Source: Chloroflexota bacterium (GTDB lineage: Bacteria > Chloroflexota > Dehalococcoidia > UBA2979). From it: DNA of 64,000 bases. The translations under genes and the position numbers were made by a program. Shown in pieces: positions 30,316 through 40,276 of the stretch. The stretch's first letter is position 1, and the number at the start of each line of letters is the position of its first letter. The stretch is from positions 35,498 to 99,497 of the forward strand of contig JAQCIU010000010.1 in NCBI GenBank assembly GCA_027593235.1, given 5' to 3'. The notes beneath the pieces were generated by a model. It had not been told where the DNA came from and made no database searches. It worked only from the letters and a program-made list of their open reading frames with translations.

Positions 30316-31215
30316 TTAGGTCGCGCGCTGGCGCGCACGGTCCGCCAGGTACTCCCGGGTCCGTGCCGGTCCGCCCGACTCCGCGCGGAAGATCGCCGGA
30401 TTGAAGAGCGTCACACCAGCCGCCTCGAGGCGATCGAGTTCGGCGTCCAACTCCGCCTCGTTGCCGACCAGTGCCGCGTCCCCCGGCCCCGCCGCGCCCC
30501 CGTGATCGAGGAGCGCGCGGTACGAGGGCAGCGTGCCGTACATCGCGAACTGCTGCGCTGCCTGTTCGCGCGCCGCGGCCGCGTCGTTGGTCAGAGCGAT
30601 CGGCAGCCCGGCGATGATCTCCGGCGCGGGCCGGCCGGCGGCCTCGGCGGCGCGACGGATCCGAGGTGCCACGTGCGACTCAACCGCCTGTGCGGTTCCC
30701 ATCCAAAGGATCGTACCCTGCGCCTGCTCACCGGTCATGCGCAGCATTCGAGGCCCCAGCGCTGCCACGCCCAGCGACACGGCATCCGCAGGTCCCGGTC
30801 GGGGCTCGCCGTGATACGAGTAGAACTCGCCCGCGAAGTCAACCGCGTCACCTCGCAGCAGCGGCGCGAGAATCCGCAGGTACTCCTCCATCCGCGAACC
30901 GGGACGATCGAATGAGATCCCGAGCGACGCCTCGATGAACGAGGGGTGCGAGAGCCCGATCCCGAGCGTGAACCGATTGTTCGAGGCGTCCTGCGCTACC
31001 CGCGCCTGGTTCGCCAGCACCGAGGGGTGAATCCCGAAGATCGGTACCACCGCCGTCAGCAGCCGAATCGATTCCGTCTGCGCCCCGATCAGCGCCAGCA
31101 TCGCCGTCGAATCACCCGGCAGTGCGTATGCCGCGAAACCCTCTTGTTCCGCCCGCTGGGCGTCCGCCACTGTCCGTGCCGCCCCCGGCGCTCCGCCCGT
31201 CAGCCCGATCCGCAT
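30316..31215 (-). CDS. LLM-class (probable F420-dependent) oxidoreductase, TIGR03564-like
   Basis: AVVPI..HP, FTLGIGLSH, AALGPRML, YGTLPSYR. Confidence 0.88.
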   Translation of the reverse strand: MRIGLTGGAPGAARTVADAQRAEQEGFAAYALPGDSTAMLALIGAQTESIRLLTAVVPIFGIHPSVLANQARVAQDASNNRFTLGIGLSHPSFIEASLGISFDRPGSRMEEYLRILAPLLRGDAVDFAGEFYSYHGEPRPGPADAVSLGVAALGPRMLRMTGEQAQGTILWMGTAQAVESHVAPRIRRAAEAAGRPAPEIIAGLPIALTNDAAAAREQAAQQFAMYGTLPSYRALLDHGGAAGPGDAALVGNEAELDAELDRLEAAGVTLFNPAIFRAESGGPARTREYLADRARQRAT

Positions 31216-31359
31216 CGCCGCCGTCCTTCGCTCGCTAAATTCGCGTTCCGCGGCGTTCACGGTACACGCCCGCCAGGGCCTGCCGAGGGGCAACTTCGTG
31301 GCCGACCATGCACACTGGTTCGACGCCACCACGAACCCCAGCGAGGAAGCGCGCCGCAG

Positions 31360-32076
31360 ATGCTCCCACCCGGCACCCGCACGGTGCTATTCGACTTCGA
31401 CCGCACGCTCGGGCAGGCGAAATCGCACTTCGGTATGTACGTGCGCGCCGCCGCCGAACACGGCGTCTCCGCAACCGAGGCCGCGCTCGCCGAGGCGGAG
31501 CTCGACGACGCCTGGGCGCAATGGATGACCCCCGAGGGCCCGGCGCACCCGGACGCGTCGCGCGACGAAGCAGCGTTCGCGGCGGTCCGCCGCGCAATCG
31601 CGGCCACCCGCCTTCGCGGTGCGGGCGTCGACTGCGACGACGCGACCCTCGATCGCATCACCGCGCGGATCGCCGACCTCGAGGGGGAGGCCGAGAACTA
31701 CCTGCTGTACGACGACACAATCCCCGCGCTTGAGCGGCTTGCCCGGCGCGGCATCCAATCGTTGATCGTGTCGAACCACGTCTGGCGGCTCCCCGAGATC
31801 ATTCGCGGCCTCGGTGCCTCCGCCCGCTTTGAGGGCGTGATCACCAGCGCGCGCGCCGGCTTCCGCAAGCCGCACCCCGCCATCTTCGAGGCCGCGCTGC
31901 GCCTCGCCTCGACCCCCGTGGAGGCGACGATCTACGTCGGCGACTCCTACAAGCACGACGTCGAGGGTGCGCGCGGGGTCGGTATGGCCTCGATCCTGAT
32001 CGATCGCGACTCCCGCTACGCCACCGCCGAGGTCGACGTCCCCGTGATCAAGAAGCTGACGGAGTTGATCCCATGA
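31360..32076 (+). CDS. HAD-family hydrolase
   Basis: VLFDFDRTL, IVSN, RKPHPAIF, YVGDSYKHD. Confidence 0.9.
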   Translation: MLPPGTRTVLFDFDRTLGQAKSHFGMYVRAAAEHGVSATEAALAEAELDDAWAQWMTPEGPAHPDASRDEAAFAAVRRAIAATRLRGAGVDCDDATLDRITARIADLEGEAENYLLYDDTIPALERLARRGIQSLIVSNHVWRLPEIIRGLGASARFEGVITSARAGFRKPHPAIFEAALRLASTPVEATIYVGDSYKHDVEGARGVGMASILIDRDSRYATAEVDVPVIKKLTELIP

Positions 32077-32534
32077 GCGTCGCGCTGGTGACCATTCCTG
32101 AGGAAGAGTTCGACGATTTCTTCGAGCTCTTCGCGGACTATCACGACGAGATGTCCGAGTACGACGACGACCCCGAGGACACTGACGCCTACCTGGAGCG
32201 CTACCGCCCGGCCATGCTCGCCGACTTGAGCGGCCGCGAGCTGTACTGGATCGAGGTCGACGGCGAGACCGCCGGCTTCGTCGTCGCGCGCTACCTGCCC
32301 GATTGGCCCCACGAGGAACGGATGGTCGCTTCGATCGCGGAGTTCTACGTCGACCCGGACTTCCGGCGGGCGAACGTCGGCACCGAGGCGGTCGAAATCC
32401 TGCTCGCAGAGCACCGTGATCGCGGCACTTACCTCGTCGAGGCAGACATCCTGCGCGCGAACGAACCGGCGAAGGCCTTCTGGTACGGCCTTGGCTTTGA
32501 GCTCCAGTTTCACCAGACGGGCCGCAAGCCCTAG
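32073..32534 (+). CDS. Single-domain GNAT acetyltransferase
   Basis: IAEFYVDPDFRRANVG, NEPAKAFWYGLGF; ATGA overlap with the HAD gene. Confidence 0.88.
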   Translation: MSVALVTIPEEEFDDFFELFADYHDEMSEYDDDPEDTDAYLERYRPAMLADLSGRELYWIEVDGETAGFVVARYLPDWPHEERMVASIAEFYVDPDFRRANVGTEAVEILLAEHRDRGTYLVEADILRANEPAKAFWYGLGFELQFHQTGRKP

Positions 32535-32591
32535 CCCATTCGTTATGCCGATCGATTCGCTCTACTTTCTTACCGTCCCTACTCTCCCGGC

Positions 32592-33743
32592 ATGAACGAA
32601 CCTCTGCATCTGCGCCCGCCCCGGCTTGCCGGGGAGGTTGCGCCGCCGGAATTCGAGGGTGCGCTCGCCCGCGAGGCCACGCGCGATGACGCCCCCGCGA
32701 TCCTCGGCGTCTTCGAGGCGGCGTTCGATCAGTGGCCGCCATGCGACATCGATGTAGCGGCCCTGGAACACCTGCACTGGAAGATGGAGACGGCGGACGG
32801 CGAGACCATCAGTCCGCATGATGTCGTCGTGGCGGACGGCAAGATCGCCGCGGCCATGCTCGCCTGGATCGGTCGCGGCAAGCTGGGCGATAACGTCTTC
32901 GTGACTGATCGCGCGGTCGACCTTGCCGTGCATCCCGACTACCAGGGCAGGCGTTTCGCCCGCCTGCTGATGATGCCGTCGACGGTTCGTAACGAAGGGC
33001 GCACCAGCTACTTCAGTTGGGACACCCGCCCCAACGCGCCACCCGTGCTGCACATGTCGGACGGCACCCGCTTCGCGCGAGGCGTGCGCGTCTGGGGGCG
33101 CCCGCTCGGCCCGATCCGAGCCATCGCCGGACTGCGCCATCCCGCCGGCCGGCACTACCTCGCCCGCCAACTCTCCACCCTCGGGCGGCGCGACGGCGCC
33201 GCCCTCCGTGCTGCCGCTCGCGATATCGAGGTCCGACCGCTGACCGCGTTCGATCAGCGCGTGGATGCACTCTGGATCGAGGAGCGCACCCGTTTCGACA
33301 TCGCTCGCCGTCGGAACGCGGCCTGGCTGAACTGGCGGTACCTGGATCCGCGCGCCGGGCGCATCCTCACCATCGGTGCCTTCGAGGGTGACGCGTTGCT
33401 CGGCTATCTCGCGGTGCGTCGGGCCCCACGCGGCGCGGATAACCGCACCGCCGCGCTCCTCGATGTGCTCTCGCGGGGCGACCGGCCGGCCGCGGTCACC
33501 GCGCTCGTCCGCGCGGCGGCACGCGCGATGCGGAGCGACGGCGCGACACGCCTCGATGCGTGGCTCGCCCCCGACCACCTCTACGAAGCCGCGTTCGAGG
33601 CCGCCGGCCTCGCGGACACCGGGATCCTCACGAACGTGGAATTCGGCACGAAGCGCCTCGGTGCGGCGCCGGACGCGCTGGCGATCCTTCGCGACCCGGC
33701 AAGTACCATGCACGTCACGCTCGGCGACTTCGACTGGATCTGA
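32592..33743 (+). CDS. Tandem-GNAT family acyltransferase, paralog 1 of 7
   Basis: WP...EHLHWKM, DLAVHPDYQG, FDQRVDALW, WLNWRYLDPRAG, HVTLGDFDWI*. Confidence 0.85.
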   Translation: MNEPLHLRPPRLAGEVAPPEFEGALAREATRDDAPAILGVFEAAFDQWPPCDIDVAALEHLHWKMETADGETISPHDVVVADGKIAAAMLAWIGRGKLGDNVFVTDRAVDLAVHPDYQGRRFARLLMMPSTVRNEGRTSYFSWDTRPNAPPVLHMSDGTRFARGVRVWGRPLGPIRAIAGLRHPAGRHYLARQLSTLGRRDGAALRAAARDIEVRPLTAFDQRVDALWIEERTRFDIARRRNAAWLNWRYLDPRAGRILTIGAFEGDALLGYLAVRRAPRGADNRTAALLDVLSRGDRPAAVTALVRAAARAMRSDGATRLDAWLAPDHLYEAAFEAAGLADTGILTNVEFGTKRLGAAPDALAILRDPASTMHVTLGDFDWI

Positions 33744-33784
33744 CCTCCGTTCGGTCGCCACCCCGCCGAGCTGGGGGCCACCGA

Positions 33785-34858
33785 ATGACCGCGCACCTCG
33801 AACCGGTCCTCCGAGAGGCGACGCCACAGGACCTCCCGGCGATGATCGCCGTGATCGAACGGGCATTCGACCACTGGCCGGCCTTCGACATCGACGTCCC
33901 GCCGATCGAGCACCTGCGCTGGAAGACGGCGCCGCATGACGGGCTCGCGCCGCGGCACCTCGTCGCTGAGATCGATCAGCGGATCGTTGCCGTGCGCCTT
34001 CGCTGGGAGAGCCGGATACAGATCGGGCCCCGGGAATATGTGTCTGAAACCGGCGCCGACTTCGCCGTCGACCCGGAGTTCCAGGGCCGCGGGCTCTCCC
34101 GCCTGCTGAGTTCGGCGGTCCACGACGCCCTCGTCGCCAATCCTCGTCCCGGCTTCGGCACCCTGAGCAACGCGCCCCAGGTGCAACACATGAACGAACC
34201 CGGGTTGCTGGAGCGCACCCTCACTGTCTGGCACCGCGCGTTCACTCCGCGCGCGCACGCCGCGGTCCACTTCCGCGAAGGCGGGCTGGGCCAGCTCGGA
34301 CGGCTCGCCGCCACGGCCGCGTCATCCCGCCTGCCGGCACGCCATCGCGCGAGCACCCGCATCGAGCTGATCGGCCGCTTCGACGAACGAACGGACGCGC
34401 TGTGGGAGCGCGCGCGACGGTCCTGGCACGTCATCACCTCACGGCACTCGAGCTACCTCAACTGGCGCTTCGAACGTCCCGCTTCGGGGAACGGCGACGT
34501 GCTCTTGCTGGCGGACGGCGATCGCGCCTCGGCCTATGCCGTGCTCCGCTACTCCGCCGGCCAGGCCGCCCTGGTCGATCTGCTCTGGGACCGCGAGGAA
34601 CGAGGCGCCCTGCGAACGATCGTGCAGGCGGCGCTCGCTCGTGCTCGGAACGCCGGCGCAACCGGCCTCGATTGCGCGCTTCCCGCCGGCCACACCGCCG
34701 AGGGCGAACTCCGCCACGCCGGGTTCGCCGTGGTCGGCGAGCAGACGATGCTCCTCGGCAGCCACGACAGCGGAGAAAACCCGCCCGAGGCGATCGATCT
34801 GATGGCTGATCGCTCGCGCTCGATGCACCTCACCATGAGTGACTTCGACCAGCACTAA
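33785..34858 (+). CDS. Tandem-GNAT family acyltransferase, paralog 2 of 7
   Basis: EHLRWK, DFAVDPEFQG, FDERTDALW, YLNWRFERP, HLTMSDFDQH*. Confidence 0.85.
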   Translation: MTAHLEPVLREATPQDLPAMIAVIERAFDHWPAFDIDVPPIEHLRWKTAPHDGLAPRHLVAEIDQRIVAVRLRWESRIQIGPREYVSETGADFAVDPEFQGRGLSRLLSSAVHDALVANPRPGFGTLSNAPQVQHMNEPGLLERTLTVWHRAFTPRAHAAVHFREGGLGQLGRLAATAASSRLPARHRASTRIELIGRFDERTDALWERARRSWHVITSRHSSYLNWRFERPASGNGDVLLLADGDRASAYAVLRYSAGQAALVDLLWDREERGALRTIVQAALARARNAGATGLDCALPAGHTAEGELRHAGFAVVGEQTMLLGSHDSGENPPEAIDLMADRSRSMHLTMSDFDQH

Positions 34859-34921
34859 GCTGGCCCAGCGCGCGACGCAGTTCTGAGCGATGTAGTTGTC
34901 CGCGATGCAGTGGGAGCAGCG

Positions 34922-36001
34922 GTGACGAACCCTTCCAACCCCGGTCCCGAGCCGACGATCCGTGACGCCACTATCGAGGACGCCCCGGCCATGCTCGAGG
35001 TGATCACGGCCGCATTCGAGTGCTGGCCAGACTTCGCCCTCGAGGTGCCCCCGATCGATCACCTGCGTTGGAAGATGGCGTCGCCGGACGGTGTCCCGCT
35101 GCACCACTCCGTCGTGCTGGTCGGCGACCGCGTCGCCGCCGCCCAGCTCCGCTGGGCGCGCCGCCTCTCCGTACGCGGCGAGACCCGCATCGGCGAGACC
35201 GGTGCCGACCTCGCGGTGCACCCCGACTTCCGAGGTCAGCGCCTCTCACGACTGATCAGCGATCGAGACGACGCCCGACTCCGCGCCGATCGCGTCACCG
35301 GATTCGCGATGCAGAGCAACGCCGCGCAGGTGCGCCACCTCAACCGCGACCGGATCACGCGCGAGCTGGACACCTGGGTGCGACCGTTCGGCTGGCGATC
35401 CTTCGTCGCGACCCACCGCAACGCTGGTGGCTGGGGCCAGGCGCTCCGCGCTTCCGTGCGGCGCGTGATGTCCCGCACTCCCGGCCTCTCCGCGGCCGCG
35501 CGAATCGAAGTCCTCGACCGGTTCGACGCGCGCACCGACGACATCTGGGCGGCGGCGCGCGACGCGTACGACGTGATCGCCTTCCGCAACGCCGAGTACC
35601 TCAACTGGCGGTTCGCCCGCCCGGTCACGGGCCACCCAACGATCCTCGCGATCTTCGAGGGCGATCGGGCGCTCGCCTACGCCGTGGTGCGGCACGCCGG
35701 CGGGCGCGGCGATCTGATGGACTGGCTCTGGCGGCCCGACGCGGCTGCGGTCGTGCCCGCGCTGCTCGGCGCGGCGATCTCGCACCTCCAGCAGGGCGGC
35801 GCGACGGACGTCACCTGCTGGCTACCCCGCCGCCATGACGCGGAACAAGCGCTCCGTGCAGCCGGCTTCGCGCGCACGGGAACCCAGGAGATGCTCTTCG
35901 GCATTCGCAACAGCGCCGAGGAACGCACCCCGGACCTCGATGTCTACGACGACCCGGCGAGCACCCTGCACATCGCGATGTGTGACTTCGACTGGACATA
36001 G
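34922..36001 (+). CDS. Tandem-GNAT family acyltransferase, paralog 3 of 7
   Basis: DHLRWKM, DLAVHPDFRG, FDARTDDIW, YLNWRFARP, HIAMCDFDWT*. Confidence 0.85.
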   Translation: MTNPSNPGPEPTIRDATIEDAPAMLEVITAAFECWPDFALEVPPIDHLRWKMASPDGVPLHHSVVLVGDRVAAAQLRWARRLSVRGETRIGETGADLAVHPDFRGQRLSRLISDRDDARLRADRVTGFAMQSNAAQVRHLNRDRITRELDTWVRPFGWRSFVATHRNAGGWGQALRASVRRVMSRTPGLSAAARIEVLDRFDARTDDIWAAARDAYDVIAFRNAEYLNWRFARPVTGHPTILAIFEGDRALAYAVVRHAGGRGDLMDWLWRPDAAAVVPALLGAAISHLQQGGATDVTCWLPRRHDAEQALRAAGFARTGTQEMLFGIRNSAEERTPDLDVYDDPASTLHIAMCDFDWT

Positions 36002-36044
36002 CGGGGTATCCTCGAATCCCTGGGCGAGGAGCACCGAGGGCAGC

Positions 36045-37124
36045 ATGACCACGACCGTCCAGCCGGCCATCGAGCCGATCATCCGCGACGCAACCGAGCA
36101 CGATGCCCCCGAACTGCTCGAGGTGATTGAGGCCGCGTACCCGAGCTGGCCGGCGTTCCCCCTCGAGACCCCCACGATCGATCACCTGCGCTGGAAGATG
36201 AGCCCGCCGGGCGACATCCCGCTCCATCACGCCGCGATCGAGGTAGGCGATCGGATCGCCGCCACTCAGCTTCGCTGGGTCTGCCAGGTTCAGGTCGGCG
36301 ACGAGGTCCACATTGGCGAAACCGGAGCAGATCTCGCCGTGCATCCGGACTTCCAGGGCATGGGCCTGGCGCGCCTGATCAAGGACCGCGACCACGATCG
36401 GCTCGCTGAGAACCAGATCACCGGCTTCGGGATGATGAGCAACGCTCCACAGGTGCAGCACATGAACGAGGGCTCGGTCAGCCGCGAGATGACCACCTGG
36501 ACGCTCCCCTTCGCCCTCCGTTCCTACCTCTCCGTCCATCACGCCGCAGGTGGTCCGGTGCAGGCCGCGCGCGCCCTCTGGCACCGCGCGCGCCGCGCAC
36601 CCGCACCGCTCCCAACGCCCGGTCGCATCACCGTCCTAGAACGGTTCGACGAACGGGCGGACGCGCTCTGGGAAGCCGCGCGCCACGCCTATGACGTCAT
36701 CCCGTTCCGCAACTCCCAGTACCTCAACTGGCGCTTCGCGCGACCGTTCAGCGGAGAGCCTGTGATCCTCGGGCTCCTCGATCGCGGGCGGGTCCTCGCC
36801 TACGCCGTGGTCCGCCGCGCCGGCGACCGCGGCGATCTGATGGACTGGCTCTGGCGACCGGAGGCGACAGCGATGGTCCCTGCACTCCTCGACGCCGCGA
36901 TCGAGCACCTCCGCGCCAGCGGCGCGCGCAACATCACCTCCTGGCTGCCACGCGGCCACCGCGCGGAGCGCGCGCTCCGATATGCCGGCTTCGCACCCGT
37001 CGGCACGCAGCACATCCTCTTCGGCACCCGCGATCGAGGCGAAGCCGCCGCCGGAGTGCTGGACGTCTACGAGGATCCGCGGAGCCGCCTTCACCTCACG
37101 ATGAGCGACTTCGATCACGCCTAG
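36045..37124 (+). CDS. Tandem-GNAT family acyltransferase, paralog 4 of 7
   Basis: DHLRWKM, DLAVHPDFQG, FDERADALW, YLNWRFARP, HLTMSDFDHA*. Confidence 0.85.
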   Translation: MTTTVQPAIEPIIRDATEHDAPELLEVIEAAYPSWPAFPLETPTIDHLRWKMSPPGDIPLHHAAIEVGDRIAATQLRWVCQVQVGDEVHIGETGADLAVHPDFQGMGLARLIKDRDHDRLAENQITGFGMMSNAPQVQHMNEGSVSREMTTWTLPFALRSYLSVHHAAGGPVQAARALWHRARRAPAPLPTPGRITVLERFDERADALWEAARHAYDVIPFRNSQYLNWRFARPFSGEPVILGLLDRGRVLAYAVVRRAGDRGDLMDWLWRPEATAMVPALLDAAIEHLRASGARNITSWLPRGHRAERALRYAGFAPVGTQHILFGTRDRGEAAAGVLDVYEDPRSRLHLTMSDFDHA

Positions 37125-37166
37125 CTTCCCCCGCAGCCGGTTGACCCGGTTCCCTGTGAAGTCGCG

Positions 37167-38276
37167 ATGACCGAGGACCGCCTACCGCCCCCCGACCGAC
37201 GTGTCGTCCGCGCCGACGCCTCCTGGGCGAACGCGATCCTCCCGTTGCTGCAGGCGGCCTTTCCTCGCTGGCCCGCACCAGAGATCGAGGTCAGTCCGTT
37301 CGACCACCTCCAGTGGAAGATGACCGGCGCACCGGGCGCGCCGGATCACCCGCACACCGTCGTGCTCGAGGGCGATCGAATCGTCGCCGTCCAACTCCGC
37401 TGGCTCGCCCACGCCCATGTCGGCGGCGCGGTGATGCCCTTCGACCGAGGGGTCGACCTTGCTGTTGATCCGGAGCGCCAGGGCACCGGGCTCGCGCGGT
37501 TCATCTTCGATGACGACCCGCTGCGGAATCCGCCACTCGGCGACTTCGTCCGCTGGGACACGCCCTCGAACGACGCGCGCGTCCCGCACCTGGAAGCGCA
37601 GCACCTCGCGGGTCGCCGGCTCCGCGTCTGGGTGCGCACGTTCGACGTGCGGACCTTCGCGGCCACCCACCGCCAGGGTGGGCGCAAGCACCTGGCCGTG
37701 ACCGCCGCGAGCGCCCTGCGCCGCAAGCTGTCCAAGCTCCCCCGCGCCAACAGCGCTGCGCCCATTCCGCGCACCCAGGTCAGCGACCTGACCGCGTTCG
37801 ATGCGCGAACGGACGCGCTCTGGGAGGCGGTCGCCCCACAGTTCGATATCGCGCGTGTCCGAGACGCGGAGCTGATGAACTGGCGCTACTTCGACCCGCG
37901 CGCCGGGCGCGCGTCGGCCCTCGCGGCATTCGAGGGCAACACGCTCGTCGGCTACACCGTTTACAAACGCCGCGCGTCCGAGGGCGCGATCCTCGAACTT
38001 GTCGCCCACCCTCGGCACCGGGGCGCCGCGGGAGTGCTCCTCCGCGCCGCGTGTGATCGTCTGCGGGCGGCGGGCGCAAGCAGGGTGCGCTGCTGGCTGC
38101 CGCCCGGACATCCCTCGGAGGCGGCGCTCCCCGCAGTCGGGTTCCGCGATGCCGGTCACCCGCAGCAACTCATCATCGACTACGGCTGGATGCTCGGCGC
38201 AACCGAGGCGGTCGCCGTCGTTCGCGACCCCAGCTCGAAGCTCCACATCACCATGGGCGATCTCGACTTCGTGTAG
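37167..38276 (+). CDS. Tandem-GNAT family acyltransferase, paralog 5 of 7
   Basis: DHLQWKM, DLAVDPERQG, FDARTDALW, MNWRYFDPRAG, HITMGDLDFV*. Confidence 0.85.
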   Translation: MTEDRLPPPDRRVVRADASWANAILPLLQAAFPRWPAPEIEVSPFDHLQWKMTGAPGAPDHPHTVVLEGDRIVAVQLRWLAHAHVGGAVMPFDRGVDLAVDPERQGTGLARFIFDDDPLRNPPLGDFVRWDTPSNDARVPHLEAQHLAGRRLRVWVRTFDVRTFAATHRQGGRKHLAVTAASALRRKLSKLPRANSAAPIPRTQVSDLTAFDARTDALWEAVAPQFDIARVRDAELMNWRYFDPRAGRASALAAFEGNTLVGYTVYKRRASEGAILELVAHPRHRGAAGVLLRAACDRLRAAGASRVRCWLPPGHPSEAALPAVGFRDAGHPQQLIIDYGWMLGATEAVAVVRDPSSKLHITMGDLDFV

Positions 38277-38328
38277 CCTCGCGAGCCCCTGACCGGACGC
38301 CGTTGGTCGCACCCGAACGCAGGAACCG

Positions 38329-39429
38329 ATGCCCGAGCGTGATGGCCACGAGCCCTTGCTCCGACGCGTCACCGTCGCCGAGGCCGCGGCGCTGTTCCCC
38401 GTGATTGAGTCGGCGTTTCCGACCTGGCCGGTCTTCGCAATCGAGGTTCCGTCGATCGATCACCTGCGCTGGAAGATGGCGCCGCCCGCGCACCTGCCGG
38501 ACGACCAGCACGCGGTGGTCGAAATCGACGGAACGCCCGTCGCGATCCAGCTTCGCTGGCCCGGCCGCGGCCACGTGCGCGGCGTCGAACACCCGCTCGA
38601 CACCGGCTGTGACATGGGTGTGCACGCCTCGTTCCGAGGGCTGGGCCTCGCCAGTGTGCTCCGCGACGGGGAGACCGAGCGCCGCAGACTCACCGGCTCG
38701 TCAATCGGCTACGACACGCCGTCGGTCAACGAACGGGTGATCCAGATGTACAGCGACCGCGGCTACCTGCGTCGGCCGTTGGGCGTGTGGGCACGAAGCC
38801 TTAACACCCGCGCCTTCCTCGCGACCCACCGTCGTGCCGGAGTCCTGCACCTCGGTCGCGCTGTTCTCGCCGCCGTTGCGCGCCGTGGGCGACAGCGCGG
38901 ACTCAACGGCGCACCGACGGCACGTGGAACGGTGACGCGTGTGAGCGCCTTCGATCACCGTGCGACGGCGCTCTGGGAGACCGTCCGCGCCGAGTACGAC
39001 TTCGGCCGCATCCGCGATGCCGCCTGGCTCAACTGGCGCTATCTCGACCCGCGCGCCGGCCGCATCGCCGCCTACGCCCTGACCGAGGGCGATCGCCTCC
39101 TCGGCTACGTCGCCGTGCGCCGGGACCTCGATCGAGCGCGGATCCTCGATCTGGTGACCGACCCCTCGGTCGCCGACGTCGGCGCGCGCCTGCTCACGCA
39201 GGCTGTTTCAGACCTCGAGGGCTCTGCGGTCCAGGCGATCGAGTGCCTCCTGCCGCTCGGACATCGTGAGGAAGCCACGCTACGCGCGGCGGCCTTCGCC
39301 CCAACCGGTGAGACTCGTCCGGTACAGATCACGCGCACCCGGCACGCGTGGCTCCCTGAGCTCATCGCCGTCATGGAGGATGCGGCAAGCCCGATCCACG
39401 TGATGCTCGGTGACTTCGACCACGGCTAG
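38329..39429 (+). CDS. Tandem-GNAT family acyltransferase, paralog 6 of 7
   Basis: DHLRWKM, DMGVHASFRG, FDHRATALW, WLNWRYLDPRAG, HVMLGDFDHG*. Confidence 0.85.
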   Translation: MPERDGHEPLLRRVTVAEAAALFPVIESAFPTWPVFAIEVPSIDHLRWKMAPPAHLPDDQHAVVEIDGTPVAIQLRWPGRGHVRGVEHPLDTGCDMGVHASFRGLGLASVLRDGETERRRLTGSSIGYDTPSVNERVIQMYSDRGYLRRPLGVWARSLNTRAFLATHRRAGVLHLGRAVLAAVARRGRQRGLNGAPTARGTVTRVSAFDHRATALWETVRAEYDFGRIRDAAWLNWRYLDPRAGRIAAYALTEGDRLLGYVAVRRDLDRARILDLVTDPSVADVGARLLTQAVSDLEGSAVQAIECLLPLGHREEATLRAAAFAPTGETRPVQITRTRHAWLPELIAVMEDAASPIHVMLGDFDHG

Positions 39430-39588
39430 CGGCCCCGCCGTCGCGCAAACGCGGACGCGAACTCGACGTACTCTCTGCTTCGAAGCAAGAGTCCGACGCC
39501 GCCCATCCGAGACCGCGGGATCACCCTCTCCGCGCGAACGGCGGCGCCCCGGACATAGCGAGGGCATCACACCCTCCGAGGAGTCCAG

Positions 39589-40137
39589 GTGCCCATCTAC
39601 GCCGTCGGCGACAAGGTCCCCAGCATCCATCCCGACGCCTTCATCGCCCCCACGGCGACCATCGTCGGCGACGTCCGCATCGAGGCCGGTGCATCCGTCT
39701 GGTACAACGCCGTCGTCCGCGGTGACACCAGCTACGCCGTGATCGGCGCCGGTGCCAACGTCCAGGACGGCGCCGCTGTCCACGGCCGTGCCGACCAGCC
39801 TGCGCTGATCGGCCGGCAGGCATCGCTCGCCCACAACTGCGTCGTCCACGGCGCCACCATCGGCGAACAGGCGCTGATCGCAAATGGCGCACTGATCCTC
39901 GATGGCGCCGTCATCGGCGCCCGCTGCCTGATCGCCGCCGGTGCGATCGTCCTCCCCGACACCGTCATCCCGGAGGGCATGCTCGCGGTCGGCGCCCCCG
40001 CCGTTGTGAAGCGCTCCATCCTCGGCTCCGCCTCGGAAGAATGGGTGACCGGCAACCCCGGTCGTTACGAGCGGCTCGCCCGCGAACACATGGCTGGCCT
40101 TCGCGAACTCACCCGCGACGAAGCCACCCCGCGATAA
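39589..40137 (+). CDS. Gamma carbonic anhydrase family (PaaY/CaiE/YrdA-like) protein
   Basis: AFIAPTATIVGDV, VVRGD, NVQDGAAVH, AHNCVVHGA hexapeptide repeats. Confidence 0.92.
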   Translation: MPIYAVGDKVPSIHPDAFIAPTATIVGDVRIEAGASVWYNAVVRGDTSYAVIGAGANVQDGAAVHGRADQPALIGRQASLAHNCVVHGATIGEQALIANGALILDGAVIGARCLIAAGAIVLPDTVIPEGMLAVGAPAVVKRSILGSASEEWVTGNPGRYERLAREHMAGLRELTRDEATPR

Positions 40138-40276
40138 CCGCCCTCGAACGCCGACACCACCGCCTCCGCCACTCCCGGCGAAGCCGCCTCGGTGCCGAAG
40201 CCCTCGGGAGTCCCACCGCATTGAGGGCGCTTCGTCGCCGAGGCGCGAAGCGTGATGAGCGGGCGGCACGCCCCCA

